From contig OZ316899.1 of NCBI GenBank assembly GCA_973895155.1, forward strand, positions 9,732,287 through 9,796,286: 64,000 bases of DNA, written 5' to 3'. This document shows, piece by piece, positions 12,400-26,300 of the stretch (position 1 is its first letter; every line of letters starts with the position of its first letter). The notes beneath the pieces were generated by a model. That model did no database searches. It worked only from the letters and a program-made list of their open reading frames with translations, and had not been told where the DNA came from. A program made the position numbers and the translations under genes. The DNA comes from Marsupella aquatica. Its lineage: Eukaryota > Plantae > Marchantiophyta.

Positions 12400-13466
12400 T
12401 TAATTCTGTGCTGCGTCTTGGCGTAGTAAGTCTTTTAACTGGCGCATTCCTATCCCGAGTGTATGCGCTTTATGGAGGGTGGGCGGCAAGGGCTTTGTGA
12501 ATAGGTCAGCTCTATTTTCTTTCGTGGATATCCATTGGACTTGGATCTTATCTCCATGTTGTTCATGTGCGTAGAATAGTTTCGGTGCAATATGTTTTAT
12601 CCTGTCCCCTTTAATAAAGCCTTGCACAATCTGGTCCACACAGGGTCAGTTATCTTTGTAAATAATGGTTGGTTCCGATAGTGATGGTTTGCTTGTGTTC
12701 TGGTTGATGTGGTCAATTATGCTTCTGAGCCACACGCATTCTCTTGTGGCTTCATACAGTGCTATAATTTCTGAATGGTTAGATGATGTGGCAGTCAGTG
12801 ATTGCTTTGTGCTCTTCCAAGAAATCGTTGTTATGCCCTATAGAAAAACGTATCCCGTTTGGGACTTCGCATCATCTGGGTCGGACAAGTACCTGGCATC
12901 GGCGTATCCAGTCAAGGTCGGGTTGGTCTTCTTGGGGAAGTATAGTCCCATGTCCGCAATCCCTTGTAAGTATCGAAACACTCTTTTAATGCCATTCCAA
13001 TGTCGGATTGTTGGCTGTGATCCATGTCTTGCTAGAAGGCTTACTCCAAAGCTGATATAAGGTCGTGTCTGATTCGTTAGGTACAGTAGGGCTCCAATCG
13101 CTGATAGGTATGGCTTCTCTGGTCCCAGCACCTGTTCATGTTCTTGGCATTTCTTAAACATGTCTCGTGCTGGGTCAAGAGAATGCAGGTCCATTGGAGT
13201 GCTCACCGGGTATGAATTCTGCGTGTTGAACTGCTTAAGAATTTTTTGTGTGTAAGTAGATTGGTTAACATTGAGGATGCCATCCTCTAGATGGTTAACT
13301 GGATGCCTAGGCAGTAGCTCGGGACTCCAATATCTTTCATTTCAAAGATTCTTTTGAGTGTTTCAACTGTCTGTGTTGTGAGCTGCTTAGTTCCAAAAAA
13401 ATTTGTCATCAACGTAAATGGCAAGTATCACAAACTCTGTGCCAACATGTTTAAGAAATAGGCAGG
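12400..13466 (-). pseudogene. Copia A reverse transcriptase C-terminus and RNase H
   Basis: IYVDD-like motif, PYLSAIGALLYL, RHWNGIKRVFRYL, KSQTGYVF and ADLFTKPLP, with frameshifts and stops. Confidence 0.9.
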
Positions 13467-14599
13467 TGTTGTAAGGGACAAACCCTAACCCTGATTACCT
13501 AGACTCACCCTAGTATATAGGGAGTTGAGGCGGTTACATAACCACCATACCATGAGGTGTTTACAAAAGGCAGTAAACAGCAAACAACAAACTATAACAG
13601 GAACTGGTAACAGCAAAATTTCCTGTTTTGCGTGCACATTTCTCCTGGTATTGTGGCAAAAAATTTAAAAACCATTCCTAAAATACTGATAATTATGTGA
13701 TGCCAAATACTAGCGACGGGTGTTCAAACCCAAAATAATGAAACATTAATCGCCCAAACATGCCGAATACTAGAGCCGGGCGCTTCAAATGCTTTGTGGA
13801 GCAAATCACGAGAACGTAGGATTGATGTTTAGGCTGAGAGCCAAATAGAAACCAAACATTTCTAACAGTCTAGGTTCAATATCAAAGCACAGAAGCAGGA
13901 CTTAACCAAGGTATTTGAGTCAGAACTTCAAACGGGAAATTGAAAGAAAAGAAACCAGAGCTTTTTTATTTAAGTGAAACATATTGTCCTCGATGAACAA
14001 ATATTGCTACATAGGAACACTAAAGATGCTAATTCAATTATACCTAGCGCCAGGCGCTAATACTCCCGGTGGGTGCTTCCTCGTACAATGTCCTAGCTCG
14101 AAGAGTGACAATCATCGTCAATCCCAGCATCCTGACAATCTGGATCTTGGCGAAAACCATCTAATCAGAAGTTGACATATGCTCTCGTGGGTCATCAATA
14201 CACTGGCCTTCCATGGAATTGAGAAGGAGAAAAACAAGAGCAATGGACTTTGAAAGAAACAATAGTATGTTTATAAGGGACTTGGATTTCCCGTTATTGG
14301 TCCTCTTCTCGGTACCAGTCGCCGACTGAAAGCCAAATGACACTAGGGTGGAAACAACAAAATTCAAACGGAAACTTCCAACATATTTTTTGGGGAGCTC
14401 CGGGCGCTAGTTAAACAAGGAGAGGAACCCACACAAAGGACGTTACGAAAGACCCCATTAACCATTGAATGGAAGGGGCAACCTCCCTCAAACTCAATTC
14501 CAATTTAATAAATTCAATAGCGCCCGACGCTAACAAAAACCAAGGGCATACACGTACAGTTGGGAGGAAGTTTGACCTGATAGAGGAGAAAATTGCTAC

Positions 14600-17500
14600 C
14601 TTCAGTGTCAGATTCTGAGCTCTCATTCTGGGAGCTATGAGATCTGTCGGTCGACTCTACCTCATCATCAATATACTTGCTTCTAGAAACATCATCTACG
14701 TAGGGGTTCCTCATGAACTTCCTGTCTACTCCCCTAAGAAGCCTAAGTCCTTTTGTTTCCCAGCAAAGCGTTCTAAATTTCTCTACCTTCCTCGCGACGT
14801 TCTCAGCGTATGATGGCAACACAAATGGCTGCTCGGGAGTGATAATTACATTTCGAGCCACTTTCCTCTGGAGTTGAAACCGTTTTGTTTGGTTCCATTC
14901 TGACCTGCTCAAAAGAGAAGCGGAAGAGAAAGAGGAAGTAAGTACTTAATCGATAGAACCGGTGGAATTGAAGGTTAGCCAACAATTGAAAGGATAAAGG
15001 AGCTTACAAGAGACGAAAATTACTCGGAAGACTCTTCGCTGTCCTCCGTTGACCCATCATGTCGGGTTTCCTCTTTCCCACCGTCATTGACATCCTCAAG
15101 AACATCATCTTCTGGCATCCCATCATCTTTGTCCGAGTCAAAGTTGAGGACAGATCTAAGTCTATCTTTCTTTTTTCGTCTAGTTATTTGAGGAGGGGGA
15201 GGTTGTGTCTCCAAAGGTTTGGGAGAAATGAGGTCCAAAAAAATCCTCGAAGCGGTCTCAACAAACTCCCGACGATTTTCTAACCCAATGACAAAATGGC
15301 CCGAGTAATCCCCAGCAATGAACGTACTACCTGAGCCGACGGTCCAATCAATTACAATATCCTTAGGTATCGTAAAGAGTTCAAGGACAGTTTGCATAAA
15401 ACCAACCGGTAGTCGGGAATTCCCAATAAAATGGAGTTCAGGACAATGATCTTCCTTCAAAGATTGTAGCCCAATAAGGTTCGAGATTGAAGGATCTTCA
15501 GCGCTAGATAACGGCTTGAATCTTGGATACTTTGGGACCTTTCCTTTAAAAGAAACTCGACAAAATACATCCAGTCTAAGAGTGAAGACCTGCAAAAGTT
15601 GACAAACCAACTGGATTTTAAAAATCTCTTATTCATGAGAGAAGACCTCCTAAGAAAGAAAGATCAGCGTCGGGCGCTAGTATAGCTATACTCAGAGAGA
15701 ACATTTACCTGGACATTTGTCTTGGATCTGTACATTGGGACAGACATGAAAACATTGTGTGTATTGATGCACATGAACTTCTTGGATTGCTGACATGCAA
15801 AAATGACCTGGGAAATCTGATCGTGGTCATCCGAGTATAAGATAGCGAGCATGCCGTCATCCAAAAGGAAAGGATCCATCGCCCGAAAAAACAATTTGGC
15901 TGCTGTGCGATCTGTGACATTCCATTTCGGGACTCGACGGTCAACAATTGTGGGTTTCAAACCAGTTGGGAGATAGATGAAACCCGCATTCACCCCAAAT
16001 GATCATTCCTTCCCACCTCGAATGACTCCTTTATCTCTACACCCCAATTTGATCAAATCCTTACCCCACTTCTCCGCGTCTGCGACCCAATCTGGCTTCT
16101 CTTCCTTACTAAATGCACTATCAATGAATTCTGCCAAGCTTGATTCGACCATACAGTGTCTTCCAAGTTTGGTCTTGAAATTCCCCACATCCCGTTGGAT
16201 ACCGGCCCCAGAAGCATTATCTCGTGACGATTCCCAGGCATCGATGATCCTTTTCTTCTTCTTCGTCGTGCTTGTAGCATCCACAAAAACTATAACCTTC
16301 CCCTTCTGAATTGGGGTGATGGGGTCTAGATTGGCACCAGTGTTGGCCTCAGAGACTTTTGGTGTTGCATCGACTTTTGTGTCATCTGCGGAAGCATCAG
16401 ATTTTCGCCCACCTACCAAAAAATGGTGTCAAGCACATAAAGAGTGTTAGCACCAGGCGCTGACCAAACACTCACATTAATTTTGGGAAATAAAACATAT
16501 TAAACTCATGACACATGATAGCGCCAGGCGCTACCAAAGAAGGAAGTTGGAAGAAGGAGGTGTAGCTTACATTTTTTCCCAGACTTGGCACTAGCACTTG
16601 CCATAGGGGCATCCGCCTTGGCTTTGGCTCTTGGTTTTTGGCTTCGATCAACATGAACCACAGTGGTTTTGCATTTGTTTTGCAACTCAATCGTCGACGA
16701 GTTGACATCCCCCTCAATTCCTTGCTTCATGTCGGAGACAAATTGTCTTGGAACTTGGGATTTTGACAGTTTATGGAAAGCATCGTTCTCAGTGTCGTCA
16801 AAAGGAGAATCTCATCTGTCGGTGTCAAGATACCAAGGGCAATAAATTCTCTCCCACTCTGACAATTTCCTCGGTGGAAGTATACCCTCTACGGGATACA
16901 TTGAATACAGTTCAGCCAAAATGTCTCCATCTGCACAGATGACCCAATTCTGGAAAGCAGCTGGGTAAGCCCAAAAATAGTCAGGCTTCACAATCTCCAT
17001 GTGCATGAAGAAACGATAGACATATCGTTTTGCTCGCTTTTGATTCTTGAGTGTGTAGTCTTCCTTGTCCGGGTACTTGGACATCCACATTGTATTGAAA
17101 AACTTACCTTTCATTGCATCCCCAAATTTTTTGAAATCATTGCACACTATTTCAACGAGTGAGTCATAAGACTCACACTTCCATTCCTCCAATCGATTGG
17201 AAGGAATTATTTCACTGATTTGCTGGAGGGCAGCCTACAGCATACCAATAGCAATTCCCTCCACGCTATTCCAAGTTTGCCATGTGTGGCACCACTACTT
17301 CATAGGGTCATCGCTAACGCTTTGCGGATGAAAGAACTGCTTCCTGAGCTCTGGCGTGCAATGCGCTACTAACAAAGTGCTCCTCAATTTGGGGTCGAGG
17401 GCGGAGACTGCTGTAAATAACCTGGCACGATCCATGGTACAGACAACCGCATCCGGTTTCTTCTCGCGTTTGTTCACCTCTGTCATCGAATACATCTCAG

Positions 17501-18755
17501 CACAAGTTGTCATGAAGTCTTAAAACTCTGGACTCAACAAGGGAGTGATCTTTGAGACCTTGATCGCCCAATCCTTCGTTGCTTCTTTCATCATGACCGC
17601 ATGTCGTTTGGATGTCTCTTCCTGAGACCAAGGATTTCCCTGAGCGGTTGCCGACTCCAGGTCCATCTTGAATTGGCGAGAATAGGATTTAATCTTATTC
17701 TCGCATAAGATATACATAAGTGCTTCTTGAGGCATTTTCTTGGAATACCACGATCCTTTTCGAGTCTTCTGCATCAGCTGCCCAAACTTCTTGAAGTTTG
17801 CCCCATCGATGATTGATTTATAGTATTCTAGATTGTTGGACAAAATCCTCTTAATTTGGTCGGCATCAAGTATCCAAGAAGGTTCCACCACGGCCTGTCC
17901 AAGTCTACAGAAGAATTTGCCAGTCAATAGCGCCAGGCGCTAGTAAAAAAAAATACTATGAAAGAGAAGGATAGGTGAAATTCAAAGAGAGACTTACTGG
18001 TTCACAGTATGCATAGCCGCCTCAATCTCAATCAAAGATCCCTTTTCACCCTTGAAAATAGTACATTGCACACGCGGGTGATACTTGCTATCTTCGGGAT
18101 TTTCTTTCGTAACGATCGACCATGCGTAAAGTTGATGGTTACCGTCAAAAATGTAAAACATCTTATTTTGTAACACCATGAAGTCTGGATCAGCCGCACA
18201 TTCAGCTTCAAACTTGTTCTTGGCCACCCACATCGGGTCCCAAGTCGCTCGAATTTTTGGAGTACACGTCTGGACATTCCCATTCAAATCTTCCGGCTGG
18301 ACATAGAACAACATTCCAATTTTTGAGTTATATCCTGTGCTAAGAAAAGAGTCCTTCAACTTTTCAATTGAAGGACTTCCCTTCTGTAAGGTGCGGACAA
18401 CTTCCATGTGAACCAAGCAACACATTGGAATCCTTGGGGGATCTTTGTCGTGCCCTCAAAAATCCTTGCCAAACACCATAACGTGCTTGGAGATAACATC
18501 AGACATTGTCAACGATATTTCTCCTTGATCTTCAATAGCGTATGTGTCGAGATCGTCCATCTTCGCTCTCCTACTCTTTGGAAATGTGACTACCGTGACT
18601 ATTTTGGGAGCTTGGGATGCTGTAGACCGTGTCACTCGACGACTGTAAACAGATCCAAAAAATGAGCACTCGGATGTCTGGGAATGGATCTGCTCTCTCT
18701 GCCTGTTAGCACTATACCCATGCAAGGTGGTGGGGAGAGGGTCCATGTTTTGCAT
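14600..18755 (-). pseudogene. Spliced ParB/Srx-like domain fused to a beta-class N6/N4 DNA methyltransferase-like domain (MULE accessory gene), decayed
   Basis: ParB-like VR...IEKLKDSF...GY...FYIFDGNH(Q)LYAW at about 18000-18420. MTase-like FIYLPTG...FLLDDGML and PVGFMQTVLELFTIPKDIVIDWTVGSGSTFIAGDYSGHFVIGLE at about 15240-15990. Frame-preserving GT-AG introns at 17905-17997, 16413-16570, 15590-15708 and 14905-15023. Confidence 0.75.
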
Positions 18756-21052
18756 ACACAAAGTGCTTCACGATCGTGATGAGTACCTCATTCATACCGT
18801 ACTTCTTCTAGAGAATTCTTGCACGAAGAACCTCCGAAACGGAACCTAAATACAATGGACAAGGAAGGTGGGGAGAGTATCATCTCTAAACTATCCCCTC
18901 GCTACATTGATATCTGTTTACGACATTCTTTTGAGGGCCACTTGTCAACTCCGGATTAGTTGTTGGAATACTGTTGGCATATCTTCAACGTTACGCGACC
19001 TAACGTTACCGTTGAATATGACCGTTAAAGAATAATTCGGTGATTTTAATCTATATTCCTAGGTGAAATCTGATATTGGTCAATAGTAGCGCCTGGCGCT
19101 ACCCAAAATGCTCACTATTTAAACCCTAAATTTTCCCTTAGTCAGGACAACAATGACCCTGAAGTATAAAATAAAAAACAAAATGAATTTAATTTTTGTC
19201 CTTAAATGAATGTCATGATTAGCGTTTCAGATTAGCGCCCAACGCTAATATTAAATATCCACATTTTGGTAAAATTTTAGATAATATTTGGAAAATAGCT
19301 ACAAACATTTAGGATTTATTCAGAAACCCCGGATAAAATATTTCAGTTTTATACCACAATTTAGGGTGTGGGTTTGAGTAGCGCCTAGCGCTAAACATAT
19401 ATTGCACCATTTTCAGTCCATGTTGGAGTGAGGATGTTGAGTAGCGCCGGCGCTACTCAATTACGGTGATTTAATAAACATGATTATGTTGTTTGGAAAC
19501 GGACATCTTAGGCTCATTAGTGTAAATGTCGTTGACATAACGACAAAAAACATTTATTGTGTCAGATGTGCTTTCGACCGGTAATGATTCTGTTGTATTC
19601 TAACGGCTCTGACAAACGGATTATTCACTATGAATACCATTGTGTACATTCGAAGACGTCATTCATTATTGTGAACTGAGTGTTTTTGGGTTGGATGATC
19701 TTACAATGTTGAGGTCAATCATTCTGACGCGTCCGTCTACCGGTGACCTTGTATCCATTCCATTGTCGGCCAATGACGTATACAAGCAAGTTAGTGAGAA
19801 TTATCTCTGTGGGCGCTTTGGTTTGGATTTGAACGACATTGAGGACATTTTGGAGGAGGGAAATGGAGATGAAGCATCTAATTTCACTGCTTCTTTTGAT
19901 GTTGATGACGGGATTCGTTTTTGGCACCTGAATGCAGGAATTCGGTATTCTATTGTCATTCGAAAACCAGTAGCATCCGATCTCCCATCTTCATCCAAAC
20001 CCTTTGTTGATGTTGTCTTGCTTTCAGATAGCGACGATGATGGACCTTTTGGTTTGCCTGAGTCTAGTGCTAAACCCCCTCACACAGTTGTTAAACAAGA
20101 GGTTACCCCTGTTAAACAGGAGGTTACAGCAATTTTTACCAAAAATTCCATTGTGTATCGGAGAAGTGCAATGGATACCATTCTCAAGTCAATTGGTTCT
20201 AGTGAAATCTCAAGGTTCATCGCGGCTGGGCGGAGCTGAAAGGACTGAAGCACTTTGGTTCTGTCTCGTGTGGGTCTTTGGATTGGCTTTGCTGGTCGTT
20301 CTTGTTGCTTTGATCTGCTTGCCTTTCACCTCCGGAGTGGAGGTACTCACTGCTATCCTACAAAACAAATTTGAGTTCTTTGGGTAGTGGAACGATGAAG
20401 AACGAGCACATTAGCAAGAATTAGGGTCTCGACGTTCTTATGATAAAACACGGTTAAGGTTCACCGGTTCAGGCGCTTCTCGTGGACGGAGGTTTAATGT
20501 GAAGGAGTCTTGAGTTTTTGGAGAAAGGCTGGATCGCAAGGGTTTAACACAACGGGAGATTACGCATTTGGGAGAGGCAGCTTCTTTGCCTTTTTGGGGG
20601 GCGCCTTCATCTTTTTGGAGATTGGGCATGATCTCGTGAGTTTCCCGCGGTGCAACTGCGCGAACGACAATTAGTGTCGGGCTACCGGCGGAGTGATTTT
20701 GCATGAAGAGATGGTGCACTCAGGAGAGACAGAATCTCTGCCTGCTTGGGTGGTGTCTCATATCGTCTGCTGCTCTGGTATGCTCAAATGAGTTATACAA
20801 GGTGCTACTGTGCAAGGAAAGTTTGGAGCAGATCAAGCAGCACCTGCTTATGTGTATTGCTTCTGGTGAGCTCTTGACTTTCTTCCCTGAAGATAGGTTG
20901 TCTTTTACTAGCACTCGAGTGCCCATCCTAGTAGAAAAACTGAATTCTACGTTGATACTCTGTTGACCATCTGGGGACCCTCTTCTCCCGATACCTTTTG
21001 CAATTCGGGCCACGATCCTTCGACCCATATCCTATTACGGGTGGCGGAGCAC

Positions 21053-23230
21053 ATGTCTTATCAGCCGAGGAGCTCGCGGAAATTTGCGGGTCGGGGTGTC
21101 CCTATGACTGGCCCTGCTTATCCCCGTGAGGGCCAGGTGCAGCGTGATGCTACTCAATACGACGCTGAAGGTGGAGCCGGACATTGGGTGGATCCTAGGT
21201 CTAATGCTCGACAAACATTTTCTGACCATGGCCCTATTGCGCTCCATGTTGCACCACTCGATGAGCGGAGCTTCTCGGGCCAGGATGCTCGGTCCGATTT
21301 GACTAACACTCGGCGCCCCGCTCCCCAAGTACCGCATGCCCCTTGCATTGACTCTGAGCCCATTCAGAGTTGGTTTGGTCTGCGCCCGACGGGAGATCAC
21401 ACTGATGGCTTTTCACGATGGGATCAACCGAGAGCTCAAGCAATGGTATCAATGGATTAATTAGAAGGGCGACAAAAGCCTGCTTACGATGATTTCCATA
21501 GAGAAGATATTGGGGAAAGGATTGGCCAGGATGAGCAAGATATGCACATGGAGGACTTGCAGGAGAACGATGCTTTGGCTCGTGAGCGGGATCAGACGAC
21601 GGCTCAGCACAGGGCGGAGGAGGCTGAGGCTTGCATTCCCTCCTTAGACGCATTTCAGATCTGTCAGTCCAGGACTGGCCATCTAAGCTCCATACCACTA
21701 TTCAGTGGTCTCTGGAAGAGGCGGCAAAGACAGTGACTGAACTATATAATTGTTCTATGATGTGCTATTTTACTGACTGTGCCCCCATGCTACCCACCTT
21801 TAAATTATGGGTGGAGAAGTCCTTTGTAACAGAGATGAATTGGCCTGTGTCTCAGGTGAAATTCATAGGGAAAAAAATTTATATGGTAGTTTTTAAGTAT
21901 CCTGAACACCGGGACTTTGCACTGGCGAGTGCCCCGTGGTTCTTAGAGCGAAAATTTGTATTCACATTTCCATGGGACCCTTCCTTCGACGTCAGGAGTG
22001 AATCGTACATGTTACTACCAGTATGGATTGAGATTCCGTTCCATGCTTTGCTACTTGAACCTTGTCGTCGAAAGCTTGCTGCTTCTCTGGGTGACATCCT
22101 TCACTACATTCAGGGGGATGATCTGAGCTCATATCCACATGACAGGGCCTGTGTACTATGGGATACCAAGCGGGAGGTGCCTTTGAGCGTGGAGGTACCG
22201 ATCAAGGCTGACCTTTCTATCTGGCAACCGGTAATATTTAAGAACATCCCCTTTCATTGCTTTTAACTGTAACAAGAAGGGCCATCTTGCCAGGGACTGT
22301 CGCCTTCATGAGGAGTCAACTGCCAATACTACGGCAAACGTGCTGCCAACTCCATTGGTGCCTGAAACTACCGAGCCGTTGGCTGTTGCAACTCTGGAGA
22401 GGGACGGTATTGCTTCTGCTTCTGCTTCTGTTCCGTAGGACCGACCTCTGGCTAGTTCTTGATTGCCCTCAACAGCCATGAGGAGTGTCCTACCCTTGGT
22501 TCAGAAACCTGCGCTGGCCGAAGGGGACTTTGCTCTTTTTGGGAACCCCCCGGATCTTGTTGGAGATTCTCGTTTAGTTGTAATTGAAAGGGCCATTGAT
22601 GAATCCACAGAAGCTATGGACCTGAGAGTGACTTTTGTACATCTTCTATCAGATTCAAGTGCCATCCCAAAGGTTATCCAGGACCTGCAAGTCATGAACA
22701 GGAGTGAAGCTGTTCTTGACACTGCCGCTGAACCGGAGACCCTTATCGAGCATTCCGAGATTTTGCATCACTCAACACGACCTGCTGAAACGCCAGTAAT
22801 CTTGCTGCTGACTACGGGGGCTTCTGATGACATGGATGAGGTGGAGGAAGATCTTTCTAACCCTGAAATTCCCTCTGACATGGAGGTGTCTGAGTATGAG
22901 GGCTTCATTACTTGTACCTCACAGAAGAAGGAGAGAGCTCGAAAGCTAGCCAGAAGATCACCTCCAGAGGATAAGAAAAAGGAAAAGGAAAAGAAGAAAG
23001 CAAAAAATCAGAAATCCTTACAATTTGCCCCTGATTCCAACTTGCAGGATGTTGAAGGATGGGTGACACCTGGATGGAAGCAGAGTCGTGAACACGAGAA
23101 GAAATCTGGGAGCTCCCCTCTGAAGGAGGTTGATGCTGGGACTATCGCCCGTGAAGCTCCCCTCGACATGGTACCTGATTCCCCTGGTGACTTGCCGGTG
23201 GTGAATGCAAGTTCTACCACCTTCATTTAG
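21053..23230 (+). pseudogene. L1 ORF1 (RRM/DUF4283-like domain plus CCHC knuckle)
   Basis: ALASAPWFLERKFVFTFPWDPSF...PVWIEIP and CF-CNKKGHLARDC, with frameshifts. Confidence 0.8.
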
Positions 23231-23303
23231 ATTGTATGTTGAGCTTGCGTAGGCGGGCTGCATCAGCAGGGGTATATTCATTGATGAGTGGGAGCCAGGT
23301 GAA

Positions 23304-26300
23304 ATGGCACTTTTTAATTTTGCTTCTTGGAATGTCTGTGGTTTATGTGACTCAGACCGGAAAAATGTTGTCATGAAATGGACCTCTTCCTTGAGACCGC
23401 CACTGGACGCCCTTGCCTTGCAAGAAGTCAAGGCTGACAGTTTTCGTTTAGATCTGGCCCTACGTACTATTTTACCTCAATATCAACATTTCTACTCTGC
23501 CCCTGAGGAAGGCAGAGGGGGTACAACCATTCTCCTCAACCCTTCTTATAAAGTTCTGGCATCTGGTAAATTAGACCGTGGTCGTGCTGTTTGGGTCCAA
23601 CTGGAGCATCCAGAAGGGAATTTCGGGTTGATCAGTGTGTATGCACCTAATTCCGATGGTGAGAGAGCTTTGTTGTGGAATGACCTGAGAAATGAACTTC
23701 CGCAAGATAGATGGGTACTATGTGGAGATTTCAATATGACTGAGCTACGGGCGGACTCCAGTGGCCCCTCCCCACTGATTCATGGACGGGAGCTTGAGTT
23801 CTGGCGCTTCCTAAAGCTCTGTTTGGATCTGCAAGATGCTTATTCTGTTCTTGGCCAGGTGACTGGCTCACGATTTACTTGGCAAAGGGTACGGAATGGT
23901 GTACTGGTCCAATCTCGCCTGGACCACTTTTACTTCTTAGAGAAAGGAAGATGGACTGAAGAGCTGGTTGAACTCACACATGACGGATCTTCAACACTTT
24001 CTGATCATGATCCAATACTTATCTCTTTTTGTCTAACACCTATTCTTCTGACTGAGTCGAACCAACGTAGAGTTATGTACTTTAAGGCCAACCCTGCGGT
24101 GCTTCGGAAGAATGAGAATCTTGAATTGTTGGCTGCTGCTTGGTCGGGAACTGAACCTCCCCCTGCTGACCCCATTTGCACCTTGCTCAAGCTTCACAGA
24201 GGTTCCGACAATGCTACATGACACTGCAAGCTTGCCCCCTTCCCCGTGAAGAGGAGCTGCGAATACTGCGCGACAGGCTCCAACTTTTGAAGATCACCAT
24301 CATGGATGATTATTTGCCTGACAATATCAAGGATTTTACTTGCACGGAGGATAGTGTTAGGGCCTTCAAGCTGGAGGAAGCCCATCACTGCCGTAGACTT
24401 TCCAGAATCAAATGGCTGGGGCAAGGAGACGAACCTTCTAAATTTTATTTCTCAACGGTGAAAGCCAAAAGAAAGAGAGAAAAAATGGAATACCTGTTAA
24501 CTGAAGGAGGGAGAGAAATTCGTGATGAGAATCTTATTGTATGAGAGGTACAAACTTTCTGCGAAGACTTGTATTCACCCCCAGACTGGGATACTGAGAC
24601 CGTTAGGAAGATGCACTCTGCACGGAGAGTGCTGACCCGAGCAACTCACTTTGCCCCATTGGCTGCAGAGATCAAAATGCTGGAGGAACTTCCTTCTGCA
24701 CGCGAATTACAGGAGACTCTTATGCTACTCCCTAATGACAAGGCTCCTGGCATAGATGGGATGACGGCAGAGGTATTCAGAGCTTGTTGGCATTTTCTAC
24801 AAGCAGACTTTCATGCTATGATCTGTGATTTTTGGCGAACTGGGAATCTGGCCTTCTGCATCAAGGAAGGGGTAATTTGATTTATACGGAAGAAAACTGA
24901 CAAACGCCGCCTAGGTGATTGGAGAGCACTAACAATGTTGACCACCACCTACAAGATCCTTGCCAGATTGGTGGCCCTACGTCTGAGATTACTCTTGCCC
25001 AAGCTGATTAGCCCTCAGCAAACTGGGTTCATACCTGGTAGACACATTCTGGAAAACATCTCCCTCACATGGCTCACCCACGACTGGATCAACTGTACTC
25101 GAACTCCTTCGCTTTTTCTCAAATTGGATTTTGAAAAGGCTTTTGATAGGGTAGATCACTCGTATATTATTTTGGGAAACCATGTATTTGTTAGGGATCG
25201 GACCTCATTTCATCTTCCTTGTTAAATCTCTACTCAGTAATGCTTGCTCTAAGGCCTTGGGGAATGGATTATGGACTGCTGACATTCAGATGCGTAGAGG
25301 GGTATGGCAAGGCTGCCCTCTCTCTCCTCTGCTCTTTGCTATTTCTACACAGCCTCTTATGGACTTCCTTAAGGTTGAGATTACTGCTAGTCGACTACAA
25401 GGGATACAAATCTCCCAGACACTGAAAATTTGCTATAGGCTATTTGCGGATGATTTAGGCCTCTTTATCCCAGCCACTACAATGGCCTTTGAACAGGCAA
25501 GATGTGCTATCCACTGTTACGAATGTGCAACAGGTGCTAAGCTCAATCTGAGCAAGTCAGTGGTTGTGCCTCTAGCTCTGGAGGAGATTCCTGTGTGGCT
25601 GCAGAGCACTGGTTGTCTGATTAGCAAGGAAGGGGAGATACATAAATATGTCGGGGCACCTTTTGGATTTGGTCTTTCAGAAGCACAGCTGCACTGCTTT
25701 TGTCTGGATCGCATCAGTGCTAGACTCTCATCCTGGACAACCCGGCTCCTTTCATTCACGGGCCGTGTCTTGCTGGTTAAACATGTTCTACAGGCTATCC
25801 ATGTTTATCATATGATGTTTCTTAAATCCCCTACTGCCTTAGCCAAGAAACTGATTGCTTTGAGTCGGGTCTTCCTGTGGGGGATTAACAAGCAGGGCGG
25901 GAAGCGGATACCATTGGTTGCATGGCACAAGCTCTGCCGACCCAAGGTAGATGGGGGCCTCGGACTTAAGGAATTTTGCAGTCATTCCGATGCCTTATTG
26001 AGCAAGTGGTTCAATGGGGCCTTGGATCATCCGGAGGCTGAGTGGTCGCAGATGTATGTAGCGAACTTACTACTGACAAAATGGCGTAACTTCAAGACAG
26101 TGCGCAGGAATTGCTACTCATTGCAGGATAAACTACTTTTGAGCACTCCATGCTCTTTTGGTAAGCTTACCTATACTGGACAGATCTGGAGTGCCTAGGA
26201 GCAGGTGCGGCGACATTTGGTTTTCTATCCAAATACCAGTGCTATCCCAGGGCACTGGGGAGTTGAAGACTTACTCCGGTGTCTACATGGATTCTATGAT

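Noticed and set aside
15240-15990. Calling this copy an active DNA methyltransferase
   Set aside because: The catalytic motif is non-canonical and the gene has in-frame stops (for example at about 16003, 17295, 17520 and 18456).
14600-18755. Bacterial contamination or a prophage as the source of ParB-MTase
   Set aside because: The gene has frame-preserving spliceosomal introns and lies inside a TSD-flanked plant transposon nested in plant retroelements.
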